Virus record (IMG/VR): IMGVR_UViG_3300024054_000362
Span: 157,423-221,422 of that record
Direction: 5' to 3' (one strand)
DNA: 64,000 nt
Positions 1 through 9,732 of the stretch are shown here, in pieces (positions within the stretch are counted from its first letter, which is position 1; each line of letters starts with the position of its first letter). The notes under the pieces were generated by a model, which was given only the letters and a program-made list of their open reading frames with translations, was not told the origin of the DNA and did not search any database. Made by a program: the position numbers and the translations under genes.

Positions 1-207
1 GTCGGCTAGGCGAGTCCTGCGGACGACGGCGCTGCAGCTGTCCACAGTGTTTCATCGCGGCTCGATGGCGCGGCTGCATCCACACCGCCGAGAACATGCG
101 CAACGACGGTGGTGACGCGGATCGACCGGGACACCCGCTACCGCTCGGACGCGAGAACCCGGGCTATGTCGCGCTTCTCAAAGCACTTGGTCGATGAGGA
201 GGATCTG

Positions 208-690
208 ATGAGCAGCAAGTCGTACGAAGGCAAGATGTTGATCGTCACGCCGGACATGGACAAGGGTTGGATCGTCTTCGCAAACAAGCACGTGATGGAC
301 GATATCGACCAGCTGGGATCGCACGCGATCGACGACATCCTCGGGAAAGAGCAGCCGCCTGAGCCCGGCGTCTGGATCTGGGAGGGCAAGGTCGTTTGGT
401 CGTCACACCAGAGCTTCGAAGGCGACTACGATTGTGACGTCGACTACCGCAACGGCACGTGGCGTCGGCCGACCGACGAAGAGACTGCCATGCTCGTACG
501 TGGCGAGTCGCCATGGCCGATCCCGCCGGAGAAAGAACCTTGGATCGATCCGAACCACAAACCGGAGGCACGGAACATGTGCATCTGCTGCAACTGCAAC
601 GGTCATCAAGTCCCTATCGGTGACCTGAACAACACCTGTCCGTTTTGCGGACAGACGCAAGCAGAGATCAACAAGCTGGAGGGACCATGA
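208..690 (+). CDS. hypothetical protein with C-terminal Zn-ribbon
   Basis: ATG at 208 after GAGGAGG; CxCxxC...CPFCG near C-terminus. Confidence 0.6.
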   Translation: MSSKSYEGKMLIVTPDMDKGWIVFANKHVMDDIDQLGSHAIDDILGKEQPPEPGVWIWEGKVVWSSHQSFEGDYDCDVDYRNGTWRRPTDEETAMLVRGESPWPIPPEKEPWIDPNHKPEARNMCICCNCNGHQVPIGDLNNTCPFCGQTQAEINKLEGP

Positions 691-851
691 TCTCCGGGTT
701 CCATGCGACGGTCGCAGCGTTCGTCGCGTTCGCGATCGCCTTGTCGCTTTACGCCGTCGGAGAGCCGTTGCTGCTTGCGGGCGTGTGTTGGTTCACGCTC
801 AGCTGGTTCATCAACGATCTCCTCGACGATCGACTGAAACAGTCGAAGTGA
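687..851 (+). CDS. small membrane protein
   Basis: ATGA overlap with previous stop; two hydrophobic segments. Confidence 0.5.
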   Translation: MISGFHATVAAFVAFAIALSLYAVGEPLLLAGVCWFTLSWFINDLLDDRLKQSK

Positions 852-1186
852 TGCCTCCGACCCTGGCCTGCTATCTCTTGCGCGAAGACGGTGAGTGGTA
901 CGACCTCGGCAACGTCTACCTATGGCGATCAGCCTTCACGACGTTTCCTGGACCGGTAGACGGTTCTGTAGTGCTTCGCGGGGCCGAGGACACTCGCGTG
1001 CTCGGTCTTCGCCTCGACGGTTACGGTCACGACCAGGTCACATTGAACCGCATTGCGGCTGATATCGTTCGATGGGGTGATGGCAAGCGGATGCTCTTCG
1101 TGACTGAGTTGGACCCTGAAGTAGACCCCGACGTACGACCGTCGCCGATCATGGGCAGCGTGCGCGAAGCGCTCATGTCGTGCTAG
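851..1186 (+). CDS. hypothetical protein
   Basis: TGATG coupling with previous gene. Confidence 0.5.
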   Translation: MPPTLACYLLREDGEWYDLGNVYLWRSAFTTFPGPVDGSVVLRGAEDTRVLGLRLDGYGHDQVTLNRIAADIVRWGDGKRMLFVTELDPEVDPDVRPSPIMGSVREALMSC

Positions 1187-1302
1187 GTTCCGCAGCTTCA
1201 TGCGGGAACTAGTTACTCCAGCGATCGCCACCGAAGCCGACCAGAACGAACTGGAGCTGCTCGTGCTCGAAATCGTCGAAGGTCAGCTCAACCGCGCACG
1301 GC

Positions 1303-1575
1303 TTGTGTATAGTCGAGAACAAGATGATTGCCGCGATCGAGCTACCAGACAAGCTGTGCGTGATCCGTTGGGTAGGTCGTGAACGTCTTCACGTAGCCGT
1401 AGTAACCGTCTGTGGCACCAAAATGAACGTCGACAGAGGCGTAGTGCAAGTACCGGACTTCGTTCTCGATGGTCGGCCCGTCATGAGCTTCTCCGACTTC
1501 GACGGCCAGGGCCGTCGTCCGCTCAAGATCTGCGAAACCTGCAAGAACGCGATCGCGGCTGCGATCAAGGGCTGA
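1303..1575 (+). CDS. hypothetical protein
   Basis: ORF with C-terminal CxxC; start uncertain. Confidence 0.4.
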   Translation: MCIVENKMIAAIELPDKLCVIRWVGRERLHVAVVTVCGTKMNVDRGVVQVPDFVLDGRPVMSFSDFDGQGRRPLKICETCKNAIAAAIKG

Positions 1576-2320
1576 CGCGCGGGTTCAGTAGTCGATCGCG
1601 CAGCGCCAGTTGCTTGGCGGCGCGAAGCGCTAGGGCGCTGATGCCGATGACGGCGACGAGGCCGAGTGTGCCGATGGCCAACTTGGTGTTGGGCGACATG
1701 CCTGCGATCGGTGTCGGGGTTGCGGTCGTCAGGACTGCGTTGGCGAGCTGAGGGCCTGCATTCGCGGCACCGGCCACGGTGAAATGAACGCCGTCGGAGG
1801 TGTGCTCAGCGTCGCGTGTCAGGTTGCGTGCATCGATCGTGTGATCGACACCGAAGACGTTTTGCATCACCTGCAACAGGGTCGGTGCCCCTTGCGTGTA
1901 ATGGTCGTTTGTGTACGACGGTGGCCCGATCGCGAAGACCTCTGCTCCCATCGCGCGATACGCATCGCGGATCTTCGTCATCGCGTTCGTAGTTTGTGCA
2001 AGCGCGGCAGCCGTCAGGCCTTGATCGATATCGTTCGTACCGAGCATGACGATGACCTTGCTCGGACGAAACGTACGGTCGCTTGCGAGAAGGCCCGCGC
2101 TGTCTTCGTTTGAGAAGAAGCTCTGTGCCGAGCGACCGACGCGCGCATCGATGCGGACAGCTTGCGCGCCACCGTTGAGCAACTGCTGACCTACGATCTC
2201 GCCGGGCGCCGACGACGCCGTAACACGTTTGGCGAGATCGACGATCGTCGGGCCGCTATCGCTGCCTGGATGCGACAAGCTGTCGCCGAAGATGATGATG
2301 CGTTCACCGACGACGTTCAC
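1565..2320 (-). CDS. SGNH/GDSL hydrolase with C-terminal TM anchor
   Basis: FGDSL, VMLGTND and DGVHF blocks; GTG at 2320 with GGAGG; C-terminal hydrophobic helix and basic tail. Confidence 0.85.
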   Translation of the reverse strand: MNVVGERIIIFGDSLSHPGSDSGPTIVDLAKRVTASSAPGEIVGQQLLNGGAQAVRIDARVGRSAQSFFSNEDSAGLLASDRTFRPSKVIVMLGTNDIDQGLTAAALAQTTNAMTKIRDAYRAMGAEVFAIGPPSYTNDHYTQGAPTLLQVMQNVFGVDHTIDARNLTRDAEHTSDGVHFTVAGAANAGPQLANAVLTTATPTPIAGMSPNTKLAIGTLGLVAVIGISALALRAAKQLALRDRLLNPRVSP

Positions 2321-3272
2321 GGCGCCTCCCACGCAACACCGCCGTGGTGGCGAACTTTTTTGCGAGACGGATAGCACCGTAACCAAGGCCGACGAAGCCG
2401 CCTACGAGAAGGAGGCCCGCAAGAAACTGTCGACCGCTCGTTTGTGCGGGCTGCCCAGGTACGTTTGTGCAGATCGGCAGACTGGCGGACCAAACTGGAC
2501 GCAGGCTTTGCGCAATGATGCCGTTGGCGTCGTAGACCGGATTGCCGAAGACCTTGCGAGCGCGTTCGATCAGTTGCTGACCTTCGAACGAATTTGCGTC
2601 CAAACCAAGCTTTCGAAACTGCGCCGTCTTCCAGTGATCGACACCGGGAATTGGCCCAACCCAGTAACTGCCGCCCGACTGCGTGCAACCTGTCCGTTTT
2701 TTGCCGAATGCCTCACACAAAACTCGTTCCATCGGAACCGGGAAGAACGCGCGAAACTCAAGGCCGTCCTGATCGTCGGCGCCGAGGTTGATGTTCTCGC
2801 TCTTGCCGCTCATGACGAGATCGGCGAGTAGAGTTGTCAGAACGCTTGGATCGCGACTTGTTGCTGCGAAGCGGTTGCCGATGTTGCCGTGACCGGGAAC
2901 GTTGATCTCGCCGTAGAGTTTGGACGGCTGTGTAAACAGGAGCAGGCCGTTGACGTCCGTCTTGCGGCGCGCGGCCTGGTTGACGGCGACCTCGCCGACG
3001 GCGACACGTTCTTCGACGGTGCCGTCACCGACCTCGCTGTGCATATAGCGCGCGAGCGTATACGTCAACAGTGTGAGCGGCTTGTCAGCAGGCCAGAAGC
3101 CAGATGCTTGGAGCTGTTTCTCCGCGCTCGCACGCATGGCTTCCGGGTCGCAGCGAATCTCTCCTAGCTCGTCGGTACGACAGCCCGAATTCAGGATTCG
3201 AAGATCGGCGGGACCACCGCGCATCGGCGCGAACTTCGGGTGCCACGTCGGGTAGCAATCAAGCACGGCCAT
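2304..3272 (-). CDS. SleB/Hydrolase_2-like cell-wall hydrolase with C-terminal TM anchor
   Basis: TLARYMHSEVGDGTVEERVAVGEVAVN resembles the SleB catalytic Glu helix; ends TM + VLRGRRRERRR. Confidence 0.65.
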   Translation of the reverse strand: MAVLDCYPTWHPKFAPMRGGPADLRILNSGCRTDELGEIRCDPEAMRASAEKQLQASGFWPADKPLTLLTYTLARYMHSEVGDGTVEERVAVGEVAVNQAARRKTDVNGLLLFTQPSKLYGEINVPGHGNIGNRFAATSRDPSVLTTLLADLVMSGKSENINLGADDQDGLEFRAFFPVPMERVLCEAFGKKRTGCTQSGGSYWVGPIPGVDHWKTAQFRKLGLDANSFEGQQLIERARKVFGNPVYDANGIIAQSLRPVWSASLPICTNVPGQPAQTSGRQFLAGLLLVGGFVGLGYGAIRLAKKFATTAVLRGRRRERRR

Positions 3273-3957
3273 AGCGCCTCCGTCGACCAAGCGTCATCGC
3301 GGCGCCTTTGGCGAAGCGCAGTGCGAGCCAGCTGAGTCCAACGAGTGTACCGAGCGCAGCGACGCCGACGAAGAAATCGCGTGTCGCGTGGCTTGTCTCT
3401 TGAACGGTGACCGCCGTCTGAGGACGATCGCGGAACAGCGGAATGCCGAGTGTCTTCGCGTTCGCGACCACCGATGCCGAATAACCGTCGACAGGGAGCC
3501 ACGGCTCGGCGGGGATTCCAACGCCGAAACCGAAATCAGAGAAGAAGCCCGTCGACGGCTTGCCAACGGCCTGTACGACAGCTGCGGTCAACGATTGCGG
3601 CACGAACAGATCGAAGTGGAGATGCGGTCCACCAGAGAGACCCGTCGAGCCTGAAAGGCCAATCTGTTGGCCCTTGGTGACCGCTTGACCTTGAGAGATC
3701 TGTGCTTGCGAAAGGTGCAGGTAGCGCGAGACGACGCCATCGGCGTGTGTGAGCGCGATGAAGATGCCAGCATCACTAGAGTCGGTTGGGACGACGCGCG
3801 TTGCAACGCCGTCAGCTGCAGCAAGGATCGGTGTCCCGACGGCCAACGGAATGTCAAGCGCGGGATGAAGTCCGGTCGCGCGCTGCGACCAACCGTCCAG
3901 CACTGTCAACGTGACGTTGCTGGGGGCGACGCGACCGAGATCGGGATCGAAAGCCAT
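3259..3957 (-). CDS. M23 metallopeptidase with C-terminal TM anchor
   Basis: HPALD (HxxxD), GTPILAAADG, YLHLS, GPHLHF (HxH); ends TM + TLGRRRRYGRA. Confidence 0.9.
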   Translation of the reverse strand: MAFDPDLGRVAPSNVTLTVLDGWSQRATGLHPALDIPLAVGTPILAAADGVATRVVPTDSSDAGIFIALTHADGVVSRYLHLSQAQISQGQAVTKGQQIGLSGSTGLSGGPHLHFDLFVPQSLTAAVVQAVGKPSTGFFSDFGFGVGIPAEPWLPVDGYSASVVANAKTLGIPLFRDRPQTAVTVQETSHATRDFFVGVAALGTLVGLSWLALRFAKGAAMTLGRRRRYGRA

Positions 3958-3958
3958 T

Positions 3959-4597
3959 TCATGCTCGACGACGGAAGTACTTGGGCGTGCGGTGGTTGCG
4001 ACTGAAGCGACGGCGGCCGAATCCTGCCCGATGCTTGGGTTTGCCGAAACCTTGAGCAATCGCAATCGTCGGCGTGATGATGGGGAACAAGGCTCCGAAG
4101 ATACCCCAGACGATCGCCCAGCCCACGCTGTCGTTGCGTTTGTAGCCGTGATAGACGCTCGCCGCGAACGACGCCGTTGCGAGGACGCTCCAGATTATAC
4201 GAACGGGCGTTGGTAGTCGCTTGAAGATCGTCGTGATACCGTTCGCCTTGGCAAGTGCCGCGTTGATCTGATTCGCCTGCGCGCCAAGCTTCACGGCACG
4301 CAGAGCGACATCAGAGCGATCACTGGCGTCGGGGATTGTCTGAAGAACCGCAACGGCTTGATCGAAGTTTTCAGTAGTCCCGAACTGTGTAATCAGGTCC
4401 AAAAGTCGTTTCGCGAGCGTATTCTTGTCGTCTTCGGTAAGCGCTCCTAAACCATTGAAGTGAACATCACCGTCGGGCGGCAGATCCCACGGGACTTTCT
4501 GAATGCTTCCGCCCCCGCCGGTGACGAAGACCGTCTCGTGCGGATGGACGGGGTAGAGGGTCTCGATACCAAGGGGCGTCGACACGGCGGCGAGCAT
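3959..4597 (-). CDS. membrane protein (MLA leader, GLG motif, two TMs, Arg tail)
   Basis: MLAAVSTPLG...NGLGA; two hydrophobic helices; AGFGRRRFSR tail. Confidence 0.7.
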   Translation of the reverse strand: MLAAVSTPLGIETLYPVHPHETVFVTGGGGSIQKVPWDLPPDGDVHFNGLGALTEDDKNTLAKRLLDLITQFGTTENFDQAVAVLQTIPDASDRSDVALRAVKLGAQANQINAALAKANGITTIFKRLPTPVRIIWSVLATASFAASVYHGYKRNDSVGWAIVWGIFGALFPIITPTIAIAQGFGKPKHRAGFGRRRFSRNHRTPKYFRRRA

Positions 4598-4630
4598 GTT
4601 GCCTCAATCCTACACCGGAAACAGCACCTT

Positions 4631-4646
4631 GATCGCGCGAACGATC
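4631..4646. promoter_or_regulatory. GATCGC-N4-RCGATC palindrome
   Basis: GATCGCGCGAACGATC between divergent genes. Confidence 0.6.
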
Positions 4647-4664
4647 GCGCAGTAAGGTCCCGCG

Positions 4665-4919
4665 ATGCCACGAGGTAAGAAGCCGGACACCGACGAAGCG
4701 TGGGGATTCTACGGCGGTCCGCCGCACGAAGAGGGACGTTCGGCGCGAGCGCTCGCCGAGCTGGTTCGCAACACGAAGCTACGCACGCTGCACGACATGT
4801 CCGAACGTGAGATCCGTGCGCTGGAACGCTTCTACGGCTGTCCTGTGATCAGACCGGCTAGACTGCCGAAATCGTCGCGTCAACGCAACCGCGCTGTCCT
4901 CGCGGCTCTCGTAGCTTGA
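4665..4919 (+). CDS. hypothetical protein
   Basis: ORF immediately downstream of the palindrome. Confidence 0.45.
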   Translation: MPRGKKPDTDEAWGFYGGPPHEEGRSARALAELVRNTKLRTLHDMSEREIRALERFYGCPVIRPARLPKSSRQRNRAVLAALVA

Positions 4920-5188
4920 ACTAGACGCGGGCTGTCGCGTCGTAGCTCGCGGGCCATTGCGTGATCACCGCGTCGCTCGGCACCACGCGCGAGTGCTTCG
5001 ATGACTCGTGCGTGGAGTCGATCGGCCGAGGGGCTCGGCAAACGCAGCTGCAAAAAGATCGTCGATCGTGGGGTCGGACGGGACTGTTTGGGAGGCATAC
5101 CTGACGTATCGAGCGTCTCAGGGATGGGTCAGGATCTACTTGATCTAGGCCCCAGAACCGGCTAGATCCTCGAAAATACGCTCAAATT

Positions 5189-5227
5189 CGCCCTAGGAAA
5201 TCGCATACTTACAAGTTACTCTCGACA
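5189..5227 (+). promoter_or_regulatory. conserved ~40-bp upstream element, copy 1
   Basis: CGCCCTAGGAAATCGCATACTTACAAGTTACTCTCGACA; related copy at 62582-62620. Confidence 0.55.
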
Positions 5228-5327
5228 AGTCTGAATAAACTGGTGATCTGAGGCGTCGTTCCTGGCAGAGTTGCCAAGTAGCTCTCGCTATTTTAATCCA
5301 CGGCGATTCGCCGCTTCGGAGGATACC

Positions 5328-5774
5328 ATGTCGGCAGGGCAGATTACGGACGGCGCGCAGGCACGCAAGTTCATCTTGGGCGGTAACGCGCGGGTGACCC
5401 TCGTCTCCCAAAGGACGGGCACACGGTTCACGTTCCGTGTCAAGGCGAAGGACATCCCCAAGGCGGGCGCGCCCGAGGCCCCGTGGTTTGTCTCGCTGCT
5501 GCGCGGCCCGGAGAACACCACGGACTACACGTTTCTGGGGACGATCTTCGAGGACCAGACCACATACCGTCACGGGCGTAAGTCGACCGTCTCGGACGGG
5601 GCGCCGAGCGCCAAGGGCTGGGCGTGGGCCTGGTCCTTCCTGGCGAAGGGCGAACTGCCGCCGGGCTGCGAAGTCTGGCACGAGGGCCGGTGCGGCCGGT
5701 GCGGTCGGGCACTCACGGTGCCCGAGTCGATCGAGGCGGGTCTGGGTCCCGAGTGCGCCACGGCGGGGTTCTAG
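5328..5774 (+). CDS. DUF6011-like Zn-finger protein
   Basis: C-terminal GRCGRCGRALTVPESIEAGLGPEC; GGAGG RBS. Confidence 0.75.
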   Translation: MSAGQITDGAQARKFILGGNARVTLVSQRTGTRFTFRVKAKDIPKAGAPEAPWFVSLLRGPENTTDYTFLGTIFEDQTTYRHGRKSTVSDGAPSAKGWAWAWSFLAKGELPPGCEVWHEGRCGRCGRALTVPESIEAGLGPECATAGF

Positions 5775-5938
5775 TCATGTCCAAGCCCAAGTCCAACAAG
5801 AAGTGCACGTGCGAGGGCAAGCTGCTCCCTGCACGGCTCAGTCTAGCACCGCCCTCGATGATCACTGCCTTCTTCAAGAAGCGCGCGAAGCAGAACAAGC
5901 GTCGCGCCGAGCTTCGTCGTCAGAAGGGACGCTAAGCC

Positions 5939-6304
5939 GTGAAGTACTCAGTCCGCTACGTTCACAAGGTCACGCAGACGTGCAGCTGCAAGCACGTCGA
6001 GGGAAGCCACTACAGCTACGTCGCCGATGCGAAGGCGCCGAACGGTCTGCAATGGACCCGCGGCAAGTGCACCGTGCGTGACTGTCGTTGTGAGGGCTAC
6101 GAGCCCGACGTCGAGCACCACGATCTGCCAGACGGCGTGCCGGGCGATCGCAACGCGGTTACCAAGATCCTGTGCGAGCACCGGCTGCTCAGCGGTGGCC
6201 AGAAGCTGCAGGAAGTCCGTCGCAACAACGCCGGCCAGGTCGTGTGCTTCCTCAAGAACAGCACGTTTCACTCGATCATCCTCACCCGCTCGAAGGGAGC
6301 CTGA
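5939..6304 (+). CDS. hypothetical Cys/His-rich protein
   Basis: CSCKH...C..CRC; in operon. Confidence 0.55.
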   Translation: MKYSVRYVHKVTQTCSCKHVEGSHYSYVADAKAPNGLQWTRGKCTVRDCRCEGYEPDVEHHDLPDGVPGDRNAVTKILCEHRLLSGGQKLQEVRRNNAGQVVCFLKNSTFHSIILTRSKGA

Positions 6305-6306
6305 AC

Positions 6307-7500
6307 ATGAAGATCACGTCTTTCACGCTCGGCGGCGCGTTCGGCATCGACGCGATTCCGGTCTACATCACGTGCACTGTCGACGCCGATCGGCTCGATG
6401 CGTTCAAGATCACCGGTGTATCGCCGGTGCGCGCCAAGGAAATCGAGGTGCGTGTTCGTTCTGCGATCACGTCAGTCGGGCTGTGCGCGTGGCCAGTCGG
6501 TCAGGTGACGGTCGATGTCGATACCCGAGGCGCCAAGTTCCCTTCGGCAGCGCTCGATCTGCCGGTTGCTTGTGCGATCGCGGGCGTGAACGTCGACGGA
6601 CTGCTCGTCGCGGGCGAGCTTGGACTCGACGGGCGCACGCGTCCCGTGCGCGGCATCGTGCAGGCGACGCTCCTCGCCAAGAGCCTCGGGCTGCGCGGCG
6701 TGCTGATTCCTGCCGACAACGAACGTGACGCGAAGGAAACGATCGGCGATGCGATCGACGTCTATGTGCTCTCGCATCTCGTCGACTTGAACGGCGACAT
6801 CGACGTTCTGAAGCTCGAATACACGGTGCGAACGTCGCGCACGAGGGCGACGTGTGACTTCTCCGAAGTCCGTGGACAGTCGGATGCGGTCTTGGCAATT
6901 GCAAACGCAGTCCGCACGCGCAGCAACGTGCTCCTGTCAGGACCGCCGGGCGTCGGAAAGACCATGATCGCGCGCCGGATCCCAACGGTGCTCTCCGCGA
7001 TGACCAAGGACGAACAGATCGACGTGACGGAAGCCTACAGCGCGGTCGGCATGTCCGACGGGCTCGTGACCGAGCGTCCGTTTCGCGCTCCGCACCATAC
7101 GGTCTCGGTTTCTGCCTTGACGGGCGGCGGGATCGCGCCGCGTCCGGGCGAGGTTCAACTCGCAACCCACGGCGTGCTGTTCCTCGACGAAGTCGACCAG
7201 TTCTCGCGCGGCGCGATCGATGGTCTGGTCTCGACGCTGAATGCGATGCCGGTGGCGTCGCGGCCCCTCGTGGTCGCAGCTGCGAACCCCTGCCCGTGCG
7301 GCTGGCACGGTTCGACGGTGCGTCCCTGTGCGTGTTCCCCGGGGTCGATCAAGCGGCACGAGACGCGGGTCAACGAAGTGGCCGGGAAGTTGCGCCTGAC
7401 GGTTCGTGTGGAGCTGCAGCATGTGGATCTCGCCCAGCTTCGTACGGCGCCGGTCGGCGAGTCGAGCGCGACGATTGCCGCCCGAATCGCCGGCTGCTAG
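6307..7500 (+). CDS. YifB/ComM-like AAA+ ATPase, shortened
   Basis: ALDLPVA, GELGLDG, GPPGVGKT, PFRAPHHT, GVLFLDE, AAANPCPCG; C-terminal domain absent. Confidence 0.85.
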   Translation: MKITSFTLGGAFGIDAIPVYITCTVDADRLDAFKITGVSPVRAKEIEVRVRSAITSVGLCAWPVGQVTVDVDTRGAKFPSAALDLPVACAIAGVNVDGLLVAGELGLDGRTRPVRGIVQATLLAKSLGLRGVLIPADNERDAKETIGDAIDVYVLSHLVDLNGDIDVLKLEYTVRTSRTRATCDFSEVRGQSDAVLAIANAVRTRSNVLLSGPPGVGKTMIARRIPTVLSAMTKDEQIDVTEAYSAVGMSDGLVTERPFRAPHHTVSVSALTGGGIAPRPGEVQLATHGVLFLDEVDQFSRGAIDGLVSTLNAMPVASRPLVVAAANPCPCGWHGSTVRPCACSPGSIKRHETRVNEVAGKLRLTVRVELQHVDLAQLRTAPVGESSATIAARIAGC

Positions 7501-7739
7501 ATTTACTCTCGCTTTGTTGAATAAGATGCCTTCCTCAGGCGTCTACTGTCATGAAAGACAGAAGAATGAGCGACGAGAACAACGACAAAGCTCCCTGGGC
7601 AGACGACGTGTGGCGTGCCATCTGGGCCCGAATCACGACGCGGCGTGAATGGCGTCGAAAGCGTAACGAGCGTCGCGTACAGCGTCGCCTTTGCGCGTTT
7701 GCTGAACCCTTCAAAGCTGAAGGGAAAGGATAGAAATCG

Positions 7740-8294
7740 ATGCGCGAGCGAGCAGTCGGTGGGTACGAGCCGGATGACGTCGAACAGCGTGAGCTGGTCG
7801 AGCTGTGGCACCTCTCGCGGGGGATGGCGCCGTTCAGTGTCGAGCTGCTTTCGAAGCACGGCACGCCGCGCGGCGTCCGAATCGCGTGGGTGGTCGATGA
7901 GTACATGAAGCAGCACGAGGGCAAGCCGAACGTCAAGCGCAAGTGGATCTACGTCTGGTGTGAGGCTGCACTCGGTCACTTGGTCGATCGCACGGTCACC
8001 GAGGTCGACTCACGCGGGCGCGGCGGCGTGGTCGCCGCTCAGCAGTGGATGTCGTGCTGCACGCATCACGCGACCGGTGGACCGACAACGGTCGCGTGCT
8101 CCGACGAAGTCTGGCACCGCCGCGCGCGAGTTCGCGTCCACGGTGGTGAAGTCACCGTCGGCGTGACTCGTATCTCGGACGTCGTGCCGCGCGATGATCT
8201 CAAGGTCTGCAAGGAGTGCAAGCTGCCGCGCCTCATGCACGGCACGCCGATGACCAACTGTACTGCGATGACGTCGTCACCGAGGAGCAAGTGA
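7740..8294 (+). CDS. hypothetical protein
   Basis: ORF in plus-strand run. Confidence 0.5.
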   Translation: MRERAVGGYEPDDVEQRELVELWHLSRGMAPFSVELLSKHGTPRGVRIAWVVDEYMKQHEGKPNVKRKWIYVWCEAALGHLVDRTVTEVDSRGRGGVVAAQQWMSCCTHHATGGPTTVACSDEVWHRRARVRVHGGEVTVGVTRISDVVPRDDLKVCKECKLPRLMHGTPMTNCTAMTSSPRSK

Positions 8295-8496
8295 TGCGAG
8301 GCCGACGGAAGCAGTCACCACCGCCTCCCCAGTCACCGCCTTTCCAAAAGGGTATTACGGCGTGGCTTGCAGCGAAGACGCAGATGGATACGGACGGACT
8401 TACCGTTAATCTATTTCGTCAAGTCGCGAAATGTATGTACGCGGAGTTGGCGGAGGAAGTTTCACCTACGCTCGGTGGCCGTCAACGTTGGCGGCA

Positions 8497-9084
8497 TCAC
8501 CCGACGCTTCGAACAGCGGCGCTTCGTGCGAGGCGCAACGCGAGCCAACTGAGTCCGACGACGCTCCCGACTACAACTAGACCGGCGGCGACCTTTGCAC
8601 CCGTCGATGACGTCGGCGGCGCGGCTGGCTTCACGAGCGCGAGTTGATCTTTCAACCACTGGTTTGGATCGATCGTGTTCGGTGGGATGACCCCAAGACG
8701 TTGCTTGCGGACCTCCCAGTGCGTGTGCCCAGTGGCCGCGTCGAATTTCGCGAGGAGCGTGCCCTCAAGCACCGTCTGACCAGGACGCACCGTGATCGAA
8801 TTGAAATCGAGATGCGAGAGCAGGTGGAAGAAGCCACTCTTGCCCTGCATTAGTACAACGCCGGGACCGTAGCCGACAAACGGCGCTGAGTTGCCGTCGG
8901 CAACATCGATGACGGTACCGTCCTCGGGTGCGAACACCTGCGGCGCGGTCGCGAACATGTCGACCCCGAAGTGCTGACACGGGAACGTCCCGATGCCGCA
9001 CGAGCCGTCGGCAGGCGTTTGTCGAACGCACCCGAAGCAACCCGTCCGGTGCGTGTCGAACGGTCCGGTCGGGAAGCGCGCCAC
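8497..9084 (-). CDS. M23 metallopeptidase, second copy, with C-terminal TM anchor
   Basis: HFGVD, FAPEDG, LSHL, HTHWE; TM segment GLSWLALR shared with the 3259-3957 protein. Confidence 0.85.
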   Translation of the reverse strand: MARFPTGPFDTHRTGCFGCVRQTPADGSCGIGTFPCQHFGVDMFATAPQVFAPEDGTVIDVADGNSAPFVGYGPGVVLMQGKSGFFHLLSHLDFNSITVRPGQTVLEGTLLAKFDAATGHTHWEVRKQRLGVIPPNTIDPNQWLKDQLALVKPAAPPTSSTGAKVAAGLVVVGSVVGLSWLALRLARSAAVRSVG

Positions 9085-9085
9085 G

Positions 9086-9700
9086 TTACGCCGCCCTGCG
9101 ACGACGCGCCATCACGACGCCGACGGTGATCGAAGCCGCAACGATCGCGCCTGTGATCACGAGTGCGAAGAAGCGCTTGGGAGGCGATGGCGTCGCATCG
9201 GCGAGCATCATCTTCTTGCGCCGGGGGATTACAACCACGCCGACGCGGTCACGGAACTGCCAGCGCTGATCGAATTCGCGGCGTGAGATCGTGCGACGAT
9301 TGCCGCGAACGTTCGGGTCCATAACGACCACGTTGGTCGGCTTCACCTTGGTGGCGACGACGAAGTGGCCTTGGCCTGGACGTGTGAAGCTGCGGATCGC
9401 TACGATCACTGGAACATCGCTGTTGGTGTACGACCCCAACTCGTCGATGTTGCTGAAGCGCCGTGTCTGTGCGAAGTAGTTGCGTCGACGGGCGGCCATC
9501 GTGACCTGCCATGCCGTGGAGCCCGCCTTGGGATCGATGCCGATTTCGCGGATCAGAGTCGACTCGTCGACGTGATCGCCCCAGTGTCCCATCACCGCCT
9601 TGAGTGCGGCGGCACCGCACGAGTATGGCTGGATCTGTTGGTAGGGCGCTACCTCACCCAACCCAGCATCACCAAGACCTTGGGATTGTAGTGCCAACAT
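9086..9700 (-). CDS. C39-family cysteine peptidase with C-terminal TM anchor
   Basis: QQIQPYSCGAAAL (Q, C), GHFVV (H), VMDP (D); stand-alone, no ABC transporter; starts MLALQSQGLGDAGLG. Confidence 0.85.
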   Translation of the reverse strand: MLALQSQGLGDAGLGEVAPYQQIQPYSCGAAALKAVMGHWGDHVDESTLIREIGIDPKAGSTAWQVTMAARRRNYFAQTRRFSNIDELGSYTNSDVPVIVAIRSFTRPGQGHFVVATKVKPTNVVVMDPNVRGNRRTISRREFDQRWQFRDRVGVVVIPRRKKMMLADATPSPPKRFFALVITGAIVAASITVGVVMARRRRAA

Positions 9701-9732
9701 TGTCCGCGTACTTCGAATGGTATCATGCTGCG

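Noticed and set aside
9086-9700. Bacteriocin/RiPP export cluster around the C39 peptidase
   Set aside because: No ABC transporter or canonical double-glycine precursor operon in the window
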